64,000 bases of DNA, from NCBI GenBank assembly GCA_951406725.2, contig OX597842.1, positions 3,534,001 to 3,598,000 of the forward strand, written 5' to 3'. The first letter of the stretch is position 1. Each line of letters opens with the position of its first letter. Both the position numbers and the translations under genes were made by a program. The notes beneath the pieces were generated by a model. The model was not told the DNA's origin and did not search any database. It worked only from the letters and a program-made list of their open reading frames with translations. The DNA comes from Octopus vulgaris (Eukaryota). Positions 13,421 to 26,633 of the stretch are shown piece after piece.

Positions 13421-13460
13421 AGGATATAACGTTTCGAGCGGAGCTCTTCGTCAGAAACAT
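13421..13460 (-). ncRNA. Minimal hammerhead in PLE-like family A copy (13320-13502)
   Basis: atgttt-CTGACGA-AGAGC tcc GCTC-GAAA-CGTT-atat. Confidence 0.65.
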
Positions 13461-13577
13461 AGGAAAAGGAAAGATCCAACGAAGGGAGATACACACGCGG
13501 TCACATATTGAATCGTATGTATGTATGTATGTATGTATGTATGTATGTATGTATGTATGTATGTATGTATGTATGTG

Positions 13578-14085
13578 TGAGCCAATGAGGGAGGCTTCTA
13601 CATGGTAGCTAGATCTAGTAGAACTAGCAACCAAATACCCTTCAAATCACACCCTGCTATCTAATGTATGTATATATGTACGAGGAGCGTATGGAAAGTT
13701 TTCAGCCTTCAAGGCCTTTGAGCCTTGAATTCTTGTACCTTCATCGGAAGTCTTGTACCATGCTTTCTTTTTTGAGGCTCAAGATTTTTCATACACCCCT
13801 CGTATGTATGATCCAGTGAGAGAGACTTCTACATGGTAGCTAGAGCTAATAGGAATAGCAACCATATTTCCCACAAATCACGCCCGATTGTCTTATGTAA
13901 GTATATATGTATGAGCCAATGAGAGAGACCTCTTCATAGTAGCTAGAACTGGTAGAAATAGCAGCCAAATCCCCTCAAATCACACCTACTGTCTTATGTA
14001 TGCAATATAAGTGTGTATGAGCCAATGAGGGAGACCTCTACATGGTAGCTAAACCCGATAGAAATAATACCAAATCTCTCTCAAA
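13578..14085 (+). repeat. Second array of the gagccaatg... unit, with a MITE insertion
   Basis: About four units visible. Confidence 0.8.
13679..13804. mobile_element. Mariner-like MITE (126 bp)
   Basis: TIRs tacgaggagcgtatggaaagttttcagcct / aggctcaagatttttcatacacccctcgta with TA ends. Confidence 0.75.
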
Positions 14086-14100
14086 TGACATATGATAGTT

Positions 14101-14149
<49 letters not shown>

Positions 14150-14189
14150 CAGCAGCAGCAGCAGTAGCAGCAGCAGCAGTAGCAGCGAC

Positions 14190-14267
<78 letters not shown>

Positions 14268-14636
14268 GGTGGTGGTAGCAGTGACGCTGTTTGCGGTTTG
14301 TTAAGCTTTGAGATCAAAATTTAAGAGGAAAACCACACAAATGCTGATGTTGTGGCCTTCAGCGCATTGTTTTATGGGAGAATTATCATCAAAGAATTTA
14401 TCTCTTAATTTTTATTGTTGCGGAGGCTTTTAAAATATGAGACACACAGACAGACACACATACCCAACCACACACAAACATATACACACATAAGCACAAT
14501 GGCACACACACACACTCACACATTCACACACATACTGACACATATTCACACATACACGCACACATGCTCTAACAAATACAGACGCAACACAAACAAATTC
14601 AAACATATACGCACACACATAAAGACACACACACAT

Positions 14637-14694
<58 letters not shown>

Positions 14695-14958
14695 CCTGAA
14701 ACACACAGACAGAGACGCTCGGACTTACAAACATGGACAACGACGCCTCTAGATACACATACACGCACATTAACACACTGACTCACACACACAAACGCAC
14801 AAATGCAAAAACACACACAGGCACACACACACAAATGCAAACACACACATTATTGTATACAAATACACATTTGTAGATATACTCCAATATCGATTTACAA
14901 AATTGCTTTCATAATCTGTATGTGCATGTGAGTGCATATATACCTATGTGTATGTGTA

Positions 14959-15017
<59 letters not shown>

Positions 15018-15281
15018 GGGGAGATAGATAGATAGATAGATATGTATATGCACGTATATATATGTGTATGTGTGTGTGTATGTATACGTGTAATGTCTAT
15101 ATTCATATCTGTATATATATGCATGTATATTCGTATGTATATAAGTATGTATGTATATATGTATGTATGTATGTATGTATATAAGTATGTATGTATGTAT
15201 GTATGTATGCATATAAGTATGTATGTATGCATATTAGTACGTATGCATGTATGTATGTATATATGTATGTATATATGCACG

Positions 15282-15315
<34 letters not shown>

Positions 15316-15836
15316 TGTATGTATGTATGTATGTATGCATCTATATACTCAACGTACACATGCACGCATGCTAATTATTATATGTGTGGAATTGTAGACA
15401 AACTTAGCTCTGTATGCCAACATAAGTGCATACAAACACACACTCACACACACACACTCACACACACACACAGAGCCACTACACGAGGAGTTCGAGAATG
15501 TTCTCCACAATTTCACAGATTCCACGAACCTCATGAAATGCTAATTTCTTAATTATCCGTATCGTTTCTGCTCTTCTGAACCCCTGCGTCTCAACAATAA
15601 TTCTCGGCTACTTCGTTGCATCACGACGTACCCCAATAATCACAGCTATCATTCTTAACTTATAGTCCAGCTGTAAGGTCTCTAGTTTTCTCATTATAAA
15701 CATAAGTATGGCCGCGTAGTTAAGAACCTCGCTTTGCAACAACATCAATTTCGAGTTCAATTTTACTGTGCGGTAACTACAGCAAGTGCCTTGTACTGTA
15801 GCACAACTTTGAGAAAGACTTTCGGAGTGAATTTGG

Positions 15837-15921
<85 letters not shown>

Positions 15922-15986
15922 CTGCGTGTGTACTGTTGGCGATTTTTTTCTCCGTCTTCCCTTCTCTGGATCTTTCCTTCTCCTAT

Positions 15987-16021
15987 GTTTCTGACGAAGA
16001 GCTCCGCTCGAAACGTAAAAC
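15987..16021 (+). ncRNA. Minimal hammerhead in PLE-like family A copy (15920-16123)
   Basis: gttt-CTGACGA-AGAGC tcc GCTC-GAAA-CG-TA-aaac; palindromic ACGT stem III, as in dimer-type PLE hammerheads. Confidence 0.75.
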
Positions 16022-16124
16022 CCCCTTTCTTCCCTTCCTTCCTGAGCGTCCAATAATACTATATTTGTTCCACGTCCTCGCGTTGTTGTGTTTTCTTTTT
16101 GTGTTTTCATGTTTGGATTAACTT

Positions 16125-16157
<33 letters not shown>

Positions 16158-16171
16158 ATATATATATATAT

Positions 16172-17168
16172 CAGTGCAGGAGTGGCTATTTGGTAAGTAG
16201 CTTGCTTACTAATCACATGGTTCTGGGTTCAGTCCCACTTCGTGGCATCTAGAACAAGTGTCTTCTACTGTAGCCACGAACCTACCAAATCATTGTGCAG
16301 TGGATTTGGTAGACGGAAACTGAAATAAGCCTGTCGTGTATTTATATATATATATATATATATATACAAAACTTACTTGGAAATGGATGATTGGCACTCA
16401 ATCATATAATATTAAAATAATGTATTAGTATATATGCATACATACATATATCAATGTACATACATATATTTGTATATACATGCATATATGGGCACATGAC
16501 ATCACGGACGTAAACAACATAAAATAAACATAAAATACGAAAACAACGTGAAATACGAAAACATGGAATACGAAATTGTTTTGCGAACAACGAAAGAAAC
16601 AAGCGTAAAACAAGACAAGCAACACGAGAAAAACGACCCTTCATCAGTTGTTGGCTAATTTTGTACTTCGTATTTGTTGTGAAATACGAAGTACAAAAAC
16701 AGCCAACAATTGATGAAGGGTCGGTGTTTCGTGTTGCTTGTCTTGTTTTCCGCTTGTTTCTTTCGTTGTTCGCAAAACAATTTCGTATTCCATGTTTTCG
16801 TATTTCACGTTGTTTTCGTATTTTATGTCTATTCTATGTTGTTTCCGTTCCGTGGTGTCCTGTGCGCATATATGCAAGTATATACAAATATATGTATGTA
16901 TGTATATGTATGCATATATATTTATATATTATTTATATTGTTATATATGTGTGTTTGTGTGCCTGTGTTTCTCTCCATCACCACCATCACCATCGCTTGA
17001 CATCCGATATTGGTGTGTTTATGTCCCCGTATGCTAGCGGTTCGGCAAAAGCGACCGATAGAATAAATACTACCGATAGAATAAGTCCTGAGGTCGATTT
17101 GTTTTGAACTAAAAGCAATGCTCCAGCATGGCCGCAGTGAAATGACCGAAGCACATAAAAAATAAAAG
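16172..17168 (+). mobile_element. Major CORE-like SINE split at its internal TA tract by a fold-back element
   Basis: 5' half at 16172-16340, 3' half at 16950-17168. Confidence 0.75.
16430..16920. repeat. Long inverted repeat (arms about 245 bp, 6-nt loop at 16676-16681)
   Basis: ...aatacgaaaacaacgtgaaatacgaaaacatggaatacgaaattgttttgcgaacaacg... mirrored on the right arm. Confidence 0.92.
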
Positions 17169-17618
17169 ACTAAGAAGGATATACGTATAAAATCCTGTGG
17201 TATGAGATGAATATATTTATTTAACCGTTTGATATCCATAGGGTGACAGCCGTTTCGTAGTCAACATCATGCAAAAGTTATTTTAGAGTATAATAAATTA
17301 TTGTACACGTCTGTACTAGTGAGTATTTTTATAAATGGCATTGTACTTTTGTGCATTTTACAAACAAATGCAGGTATAGAAGTCTAGCTCATCAGATCAA
17401 CGGAACATCATGGTTACATATATTTTTTCATGTCCGGTATATACATGCAAAACATCATCTTCAAGATGATTTTTGTATGTGTATACTACTCTAAGAGAAT
17501 GTATGTCTGTGGAGTACTCAGCCCTTTGCACGTTGATTTCATGAGCAAGCGATTAGGTTGGTTGAATCAAGTGGAACACTCGTCGCCGAAACAGACGGAG
17601 GGCCGGGCCACCATTCTT

Positions 17619-17619
<1 letters not shown>

Positions 17620-17660
<41 letters not shown>

Positions 17661-18180
17661 ATACTACTGCTGTTACTACTACTACTACTACTACACTACT
17701 ACTACTACTACTACTACTAATACTAATACTACTACTACTACTACACTACTAATACTACTACTACTAATACTAATACTACTGCTGCTGCTACTACTACTAC
17801 TACTACTACTACTGCTACTGCTACTACTACTACTACTACTACTCCTACTACACTACTAATACTACTACTACTAATACTAATACTACTGCCGTTACTACTA
17901 CTACTACTACGCTACTACTACTACTACTACACTACTAATACTACTACTACTAATACTAATACTACTGCTACTACTACTACTACTACTACTGCTACTGCTA
18001 CTACTACTACTACTACTACTACTGCTGCTACTACTACTACTACTACTACTAATATTGTTGCTGCTACTACTATCATTACCACTATAATTATTATTATCAT
18101 CATTATTATCATCATCATCAACATCATCATCATTATTATTATTATTATTATTATTTATTATTATTGATGTTGTTATTGCT
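17620..18180. repeat. (CTA)n/(ATT)n/(ATC)n trinucleotide tract
   Basis: Directly visible; similar tracts at 14095-14280, 18340-18525, 19318-19750, 33940-34130. Confidence 0.95.
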
Positions 18181-18339
18181 GCTGTTTTACTCTCATAGAC
18201 CCGAACCCCCACCCCGCACACAGCAAGCAGCTTTCTCCAATTTCAAGGTCCTTGAACTTTGGCGAGCTTCACGTTCAACTTCAGGGCAATGCTTCGGCCA
18301 GAAGTGATCGAGATGTCGATCAGAGTACAAAGATACCTT

Positions 18340-18389
<50 letters not shown>

Positions 18390-18418
18390 TATTATTATCC
18401 TCATCATCATCATCATCA

Positions 18419-18461
<43 letters not shown>

Positions 18462-18469
18462 CATTATTA

Positions 18470-18504
<35 letters not shown>

Positions 18505-18766
18505 GTTGTTGTTGTTGTTGTTATTATTTTTACGTTGGCGATAATTGCATTTCCTTGGTGGCATTTTCGGCCGTCTCGCCTTTCGGCACGTAATCTGCAT
18601 ATCTTGAGAGACTCAAGCCAAGACCTACCCACGTATCCATTCTCTACACATCCACCCGACAAAGACCAAAAAACATCCGCAGACACTAATACTACCGGCA
18701 CCATTCAATACCCTTACTTGCTATCTGTTCGCATGCGCATGTATATATATATATATGTGTGTGTGT

Positions 18767-18802
<36 letters not shown>

Positions 18803-19369
18803 ACATTGGGAGAAGAAGAAGAAGAAGAAGAAGAAAAAGAAGAAGAAGAAGAAGAAGAAGAAAAAAGAAGAAGAAGAAATGGAAGGAGAAGATATTGATG
18901 ACGACGTTGGTGATGGCGGCGATGGTGGTGATGATGGTGGTAGAGATGATGATGATGATGACGACAATGATGATGATGATGCTTATGCTGACGATGACGA
19001 TGACAACGTCGAAGACACGAAAACAAGAAAAGTAGAAATAATTCCAGAAAAACCTCAAAAGACAAAAAGTAAAAAAAAAAACAAAAAAACATTCTGAAGG
19101 CAGGAATATCAGCGCTTATCCCCTTAAGTAATGTGTGTTAATCAGCATTGTCCACCCGACTCCCATCCTTGGATCACCCCACACCTCACTCCACACAGAG
19201 TCCGTCTCAGGCCTGAGTGTAAAACTCCTTAAATCAAGGGGGTTTATGGTAAAGGTCAACGTTAATGAATCGCCCTCTGGTATGGCGTTTCAGAAGCGGC
19301 AGTGGATTACATACGCATAGCAGCAGCAGTGGTAGTAGTAGTAGTAGTAGTAGCAGTAGTAGTAGTAGC

Positions 19370-19413
<44 letters not shown>

Positions 19414-19658
19414 CAGCAGCAGCAGCTGTAGCAATGGTGGTAGTAGTAGCAGCAGCAGTGGTAATAGTTGTAGCAGTAGTAGTAGTAGTTGTAGCAGCAG
19501 CAGTAATAGTAGTTGTAGTAGTAGTTGTTGTTGTAGTAGTAGTAGTAGCAGCAGCAGTAGTAGTAGTTGTAGTAGTAGTAGTAGTAGTAGTATTAGTATT
19601 AGTAGTAGTAGTATTAGTATTAGTAGTAGTAGTAGTAGCAGTAGTAGTAGTAGTAGCT

Positions 19659-19692
<34 letters not shown>

Positions 19693-20130
19693 CAGTAGTA
19701 GTAGCAGCAGCAGGTGTAGTAGTAGTAGTAATAGTTGTAGTAGTAGTAGATTCTAAGTCACAAATGTTTGATAACGATGATGCTGATGAAAATAAAATAG
19801 ATAAATAAACAAATAATGATAATCCTTTCTCCTGTAGGCACAAGGCCTGAAATTTGTGGGGAGGGATAAGTCGATTACATTGACCCCAGTACTTGACTGG
19901 TACTTAATTTATGGACCTCGAAAGGACGAAAGGCAAAGTCGACCTCGACGGAATTTGAAATCAGAACGTAGCGACGAGCGAAATACCGCTAAGCATTTCG
20001 TTCAGCGTGCTAACGATTCTGCCAGCTCACCGCCAGTGGCTCTGATGGCTTCTGATCTTAACTGATTGGAAGTGTTATCAATACCTCCAAACTTATATAG
20101 ACGAGTAATTTCATATTTTCCCTCCAAGAT

Positions 20131-20518
20131 TGGATGGAAGCACTCCGTCGATTACGACGACGAGGGTTCCGGTTGATCCGAATCAAAGGAACAGCCTGCT
20201 CGTGAAATTAACATGCAAGTGGCTGAGCACTCCACAGACACGTGCACCCTTAACGTAGTTCTCGGGGATATTCAGCGTGACACAGAGAGTGACAAGGCCG
20301 GCCCCTTGAAATACAGGTACAACAGAAACAGGAAGTAAGAGTGAGAGAAAGTTGTGGTGAAAGAGTACAGCAGGGATCACCACCATCCCCTGCCGGAGCC
20401 TCGTGGAGCTTTAGGTGTTTTCGCTCAATAAACACTCACAACGACCGGTCTGGGAATCGAAACCGCGATCCTATGACCGCGAGTCCGCTGCCCTAACCAC
20501 TGGACCATTGCGCCTCCA
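20131..20518 (-). mobile_element. tRNA(Arg)-like SINE with an alternative tail, inserted into a PLE-like element; 10-bp TSD
   Basis: Head tggtccagtggttagggcagcggactcgcgg...ggtttcgattcc; TSD cctccaagat near 20121-20130 and 20523-20532. Confidence 0.85.
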
Positions 20519-20880
20519 CCCTCCTCCAAGATTACCGTGTTCATCACAAGATAGTACCGCAGAAAAAAAAACTGCAGCTTGCTATATGGGAGGGAAATAG
20601 TCATTACAGATATAGGGTAAATAATTATTAATTTAATAATTAATAAATTTTACCAAGTAGTTTCGATATGGAAAAATCCATTATCGGTAAAAACTTATAC
20701 AGTTTTCTTTCTGCGGTACTATCTTGTGACGCACATGGTAATCTTGAAGGGAAAATATGAATTTACTCGGCTATATAAGTTTGGAAGTTTGGACTACCTA
20801 GTGTTATGTTTCGATGTTGCTTGGTCGGAGATGCAAAGGGTAGGTGTTTTAGCTTTTTCAAATTTATAATTCTCGAAATA

Positions 20881-20936
20881 TTATGCCGATGAAGGAAATG
20901 AATTTTTATAACTCTAATCCAGAAACGCGTACATAA
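20881..20936 (+). ncRNA. Hammerhead motif with one core substitution
   Basis: ttatg-CCGATGA-AGGA...TCCA-GAAA-CGCG-TA-cataa; perfect stem I, palindromic stem III. Confidence 0.65.
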
Positions 20937-21345
20937 TTAATCGTAGACTTTTTGATTTCGTTATTTTTTTGCCTCTCTGAGTTACAAATATTGTTGTCTG
21001 TGGAGTCATATTGGTAGTTAAAAGGAATTAGCTGTCTTTGGCTGCTATTTCTAAATTTTCGGTATGTGGTGAAGCAACTTGTTGCTAATCCCTCAATTAT
21101 ATATATAAAAAACTTTTTGTATAAGTTTTTACCGATAATGGTTTTTCCTTACTGAAACTACTTGGTAAAATTTATTAATTATTAAATTAATAATTCTTTA
21201 CCCTATATCTGTAATGAGTATAAATATATAAATATACATATATATATACATACATATATATATATATACATACATATATATATACATACATATATATATA
21301 CATATATATATATACATATATATATATACATATATATATATATAC

Positions 21346-21406
<61 letters not shown>

Positions 21407-21427
21407 TATATACACATATATATATAC

Positions 21428-21458
<31 letters not shown>

Positions 21459-21531
21459 TATGTATATATATATATATACATATATATATACACATATATA
21501 TATACACATATATACACACACACACACACAC

Positions 21532-21582
<51 letters not shown>

Positions 21583-21821
21583 TATACATATATATATATA
21601 TACATATATATACATATATATATATATATACATATATATACACATATATATATATATATACATATATACAGATATATATATACACACACATATATACACA
21701 TATATATATATATATATACATATATATACAGATATATATATACACACACATATATATACATATGTATATATATATATATACATACATATACATATATATA
21801 CATATATACACATATATATAT

Positions 21822-22160
21822 AGGCGCAGACGTGGCTGTGTGGTAAGAAGCTTGCTTACGAACCACATGGTTCCGGGTTCAATCCCACTTCGTGGCACCT
21901 TGGGCAAGTGTCTTTTATTATAACCTTAGGCCTACTAAGGCCTTGTTAGTGGATTTGGTAGACGGAAACTGAAAGAATCCCGTCGCACACACACACACAT
22001 ATTCATATTTACGTGTGTAAGTGTCTGTGTTTGCCCCGTCACAATCGCTTGACAATCGATGTTAGTGTGTTTATATACTCAAAACTTAGCGGTTCGGCAA
22101 AAGAGTCCGATCGAATAAGTACTAGGCTTTCAAAGAAATCCTAGAATAAAAGAATAAAAG
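21822..22160 (+). mobile_element. Major CORE-like tRNA SINE, near full length
   Basis: tggctgtgtggtaag (A box), gggttcaatcc (B box), gtggcaccttgggcaagtg core. Confidence 0.88.
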
Positions 22161-22774
22161 TATATATATATATATGAAAAACGCAAAATTTTACAAAAAC
22201 TTAACAAACAAAAAATCCACAAAAGATTATTGTAATTTCGCGCCTTTAACGTTGATATTGTTCACTTTTGGGGCGCCAGTGGCTAAAAGCCACCGGGAAT
22301 AGCTAACTAATGCAGTGGTTTCGAATTTTGACAGCAATTTTGGGACAGGTCGATAAAATTGACACCAGTGATAAACTGGTACTTATTTGACCGACTCCGA
22401 AAATATGAAAGCAAAGTTGATCACGGAAAAACTTGAACCCAGAACGTAAAGACAGGCAAAATTCTTAGCGCTTTGCTAACGATTCTGCCAGTCCACCACC
22501 TTAAAAATTAAATTAATATTAACGAAGTTTTTCTGAAGCAAATACTTCATAACGATCCTTATATTATTTAGTGTTGTGGCTTTATATAACGAGATCATTG
22601 AACCTAACCCAAAATAACTGACACACAGAACGGAGTGGTTCGTGGCGGTGGAGAGGCACGGATGGAAAGAAAACATGTTTACATCTTATAGGAAATGAAC
22701 AAAAATTATGAATATATACACATATTTTATATGTATATAAATATGGATATATATATATATATATGGATATATAT

Positions 22775-22856
<82 letters not shown>

Positions 22857-24080
22857 ATATCTTTAATGTGTAATATGTGGTAGTTAAAACGACTGAAGTG
22901 TATATGCGCAATGGATGGTAGATCGGAGATGAGAAATTGCTGAACCGGAAGTTGTTGGCAGCAAGTCTCGGTGACTCAGTACACATGACCTACCGGACAT
23001 ACAGACAAAGTATCTTACGTACATTTATATGTCTGCGCATGTGTGTAAGACTGTGTGTGTGTCTGTATATATCTATACATATACATACATAGATATATAT
23101 ATAAGTATATGTATATGTACATGTTCGTATATATGTATATGCATATATATATTTATACGTATATATATATATGTGTGTGTATATATGCATATGTGTATGT
23201 ATATATCTGTATATGCGTATGTATGTATGTATATCTGAAAAATTCTGTTATACGGAGAATTATAAAGATCAATATTCCGTAGAAATTAATCTGGTGTTCT
23301 TAGAGATGAGGTAGAAAGTTTGAGTTTACTAGTCTATAAATTTTAGCATTTTGTTAAAGCAATAGTCGGTAATTGCCTACTTTCAACTTTCTACGAAACA
23401 GACGTCGCGATGACTACATTATCATAGATGTCGCCTTATATTTATAATAACGTCGCGCCTGTTTGACAGACATAAGCAGGGATCAGCAAATAATTTGTTT
23501 TTAATATAAATAAAGAAAAGTGTGTTTATCTGAACACGATAATCTATAGACTATAACGAGCCGTGAACTTTCTACTGTGCAACGCATTTTTCTACAACAA
23601 ATGTTCCTGCCTATAATTTCCCTACATATATTTCTTATATTTCCCCGATCACGGAACACCAAGAGTATATGGAACCTTAGATCAATATGATAATCCAGGT
23701 CCTGGGATATCCCAGAAACAGTTGTAAGAGATTCTTTCCATTAATCCTATCTACATTGCATTAGCTTTAACTCTCTTAAATTAAGCTAAACTAAATAAAT
23801 TTAATTGCCATGAGTCTTGCTTTGATTAATTGTTTTCTTCTTTAACTTACGCCTACAGACTCAAAGGTAAGCTGCTTATTTATTACCGGATCTCTCCCAA
23901 ATGGACATTTGTGTTGCCACAATTCCAGCCTCTGAATGAACCGGAATCCTATTGACGTTCAGTTGGAGCACTCAGGCCGTATACCTATTAGCTTGGGCTA
24001 CCTTCATCTAAACTTCTCATTTGATATATATATATAGATAGATACATAAATGTAATATGTGACAATTATTCGGTAGCCAT

Positions 24081-24141
24081 GATAAAACTCCGAGTTTCGG
24101 ATGTCAGGGTGGAAATCCACGCCGCCATCTCTTCAGTTATC
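24081..24141 (-). ncRNA. Hammerhead ribozyme, canonical core
   Basis: gataa-CTGAAGA-GATG gcggc GTGGA tt TCCAC cctga CATC-c-GAAA-CTC g GAG-TT-ttatc. Confidence 0.75.
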
Positions 24142-24156
24142 CGGCCTCCGATGGCC

Positions 24157-24217
24157 GGTAACTGAAGAGATAGCGGCGTGGATTTCCACCCCGACATCCG
24201 AAACTCGAAGTTTTATC
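24157..24217 (+). ncRNA. Hammerhead ribozyme, mirror arm
   Basis: ggtaa-CTGAAGA-GAT...ATC-c-GAAA-CTCGAAG-TT-ttatc. Confidence 0.65.
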
Positions 24218-24407
24218 ATGGCTACTGAATAATTGTCTCATATTACATTTACAGATAAATACCTCTATTTACATAATATGCAGGTCTCTTTCATTCTTTT
24301 GTTCTCGGTAATTTGTATCAATATATATATGTGTGTGTATATATATATAATTGTTCGTTTGTTTTCCACCTGCCTTCGTCTTTTGTTTATTTTCATAAAG
24401 CTTCCCG

Positions 24408-24452
<45 letters not shown>

Positions 24453-24568
24453 CGCAGGCGTGGCTTTATGGTAAGAAGCTTGTCTTCTAGCCAAATGCTT
24501 CCGGATTCAGTCGCACTGCGTGGCACCTTGAGCAAGTCTCTCTTACTAGAGTTCTGGGACGACCAAAG

Positions 24569-24636
<68 letters not shown>

Positions 24637-24684
24637 AAACAAGTCAAAATAGAAAATGCTAAAATAATTTTATAAAGAACATTT

Positions 24685-24722
24685 CAGTACCGGTTTCGGT
24701 CATTTTGAGACCTTTTCAACTG
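24685..24722 (-). ncRNA. Variant-core hammerhead (UUGAAAA), PLE-like family F (24630-24890)
   Basis: cag-TTGAAAA-GGTC tcaaaat GACC-GAAA-CCGG-TA-ctg. Confidence 0.55.
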
Positions 24723-24912
24723 TAACGATTAAATAATTAAATTTAGAAAAATTAGAAGAAAAGTTTTTTTAAAGGAATATTTGTAGTGTTCAGATATAAG
24801 TGGCATTCTGCCTTTCTCTGACTCCCTTGTTTGCACTTGTGTGAAAATTATTTAAGCATTTTCTATTTTGACTTGTTTTTTCATATATATCAACTCGTGT
24901 GTTCCTTTTCAC

Positions 24913-24999
<87 letters not shown>

Positions 25000-25231
25000 G
25001 TATAGAGTGATAATAATTCATTTATCTAATGTTCTTCCTAGAAGTAAGACGAGACTTTTTTATGTTCACTGCCCTCACACGACTTTGCCGGTATATACAC
25101 CGTGAAGCTTTACTATAGCGTCGTGAATCTATCGACTGCTATTTCCAGTAAATATTGGTGATTTGTACCACTACTCTATATTTATATACACACATACATA
25201 CATACATATACATACATACATATATATATAT

Positions 25232-25395
25232 ATTGTTATATTTCGGAATGGTCATATTGCTAGAACTTTGGCCGAAATAAGATTAAGATTAATGTAAAAA
25301 ATAAATATCACTGAAGCAAAATAACACCAAATATATAGTGCGTGTGTTTTTATTGGCTAAACTAGCAATATGACCATTCCGAAATATAACAATAT
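25232..25395. repeat. TA-flanked fold-back fragment
   Basis: attgttatatttcggaatggtcatattgctag is inverted as ctagcaatatgaccattccgaaatataacaat. Confidence 0.8.
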
Positions 25396-25431
25396 CTGTT
25401 TCAACACACGACTTCACATAAAAAATCTTGC

Positions 25432-25484
<53 letters not shown>

Positions 25485-25931
25485 TATACTTATATATATG
25501 AATTGTTATTAATCGAAAGTAGAGGAATAGAAAATAAGGAAGTTGAAAATGCACAGAGAATATATTAGAATTAATTAGAAATTAATTATGTTTTAAAATA
25601 GAGGAACACACTTTACTGGTTTCACATTAGATTTTCAAAACTGTATTAGATATAGAGTTGTGTCGCGAATCATGTCCATTCTGACTGTTGTTATACATAC
25701 ACACATACATACACACATACATACATACATACATACATACATACATACATACATACATACATACATACATACATACATACATACATACACACACATACAT
25801 ACATACATACATACATACAAACATAGATACATACATACATACAAACATGGATACATACATACATACATGCATGCATACATACATGCATACATACATACAT
25901 ACATACATACATACATGCATATATGGATACA

Positions 25932-25964
<33 letters not shown>

Positions 25965-26299
25965 GCGTAAATACCTGACTGTTAGTCTGTATAAGCGTGC
26001 ATTTTCAGAGAAAGAAATCATCTGACTCGTATATTATAAACACAATCTGCCAGCGGAATACTAAAAATATACAAGACATTTCTCAAGTTTATATGACATT
26101 ATCTACATTCCAACAATGGAGTTTTGTATCTTTGTTAGGAACCAGCTCCTTCTTCAAGGAAGAATTTAAATGATTAACAACAGAAGCGATATTCACTGGA
26201 TTTACTGAGTAGTTGTATTTACAAGATTTATGGGGTTTTATTAGAAGATTATCTTAACTTTCTTAGCTGATCGAGTGCTTTCCTACTTGTTTTAGCATT

Positions 26300-26346
<47 letters not shown>

Positions 26347-26597
26347 TGTTGAATGGTCAGCTAATACTGTCATGGCACTCTCACATTCTACTTCATCTTC
26401 TCCTCCTCCTCCTTCTTCTTCTTTTTCTTCTTCTTCCCTACCAACAATTCACAACGACCTCGAACCCACAAGTGTAAGCAAGAGACACAGAGACAGGTAG
26501 AAACAAGGAAAATGCCACTTGTATTTGAACACTATGCAAATATTCTTTTTTAAAAACTTTTCTTTTAATTTTTCTAAATTTAATTATTTAATTGTTA

Positions 26598-26633
26598 CAG
26601 TTGAAAAAGTCTCAATGACTGGAACCGGTACTG
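26598..26633 (+). ncRNA. Second family F hammerhead-like motif (element 26540-26690)
   Basis: cag-TTGAAAA-AGTC tcaat GACT-GGAA-CCGG-TA-ctg; compensatory stem II change relative to the 24685 copy. Confidence 0.5.

Larger units (their letters stand above)
20083..21220 (+). mobile_element. PLE-like family C with nested inverted segments
   Basis: 20602-20700 is inverted at 21119-21218; 20083-20130 plus 20523-20575 is inverted at 20700-20785; contains a hammerhead; ends in (TA)n. Confidence 0.7.
24047..24325. mobile_element. Palindromic PLE-like family D, copy 1, with two back-to-back hammerheads
   Basis: Inverted repeat 24047-24251 plus a unique tail; same boundaries as 54560-54825. Confidence 0.85.

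Noticed and set aside
17240-17275. Very decayed hammerhead-like motifs (also about 26100-26160 and 54035-54070)
   Set aside because: Too many core mismatches and no closing stems
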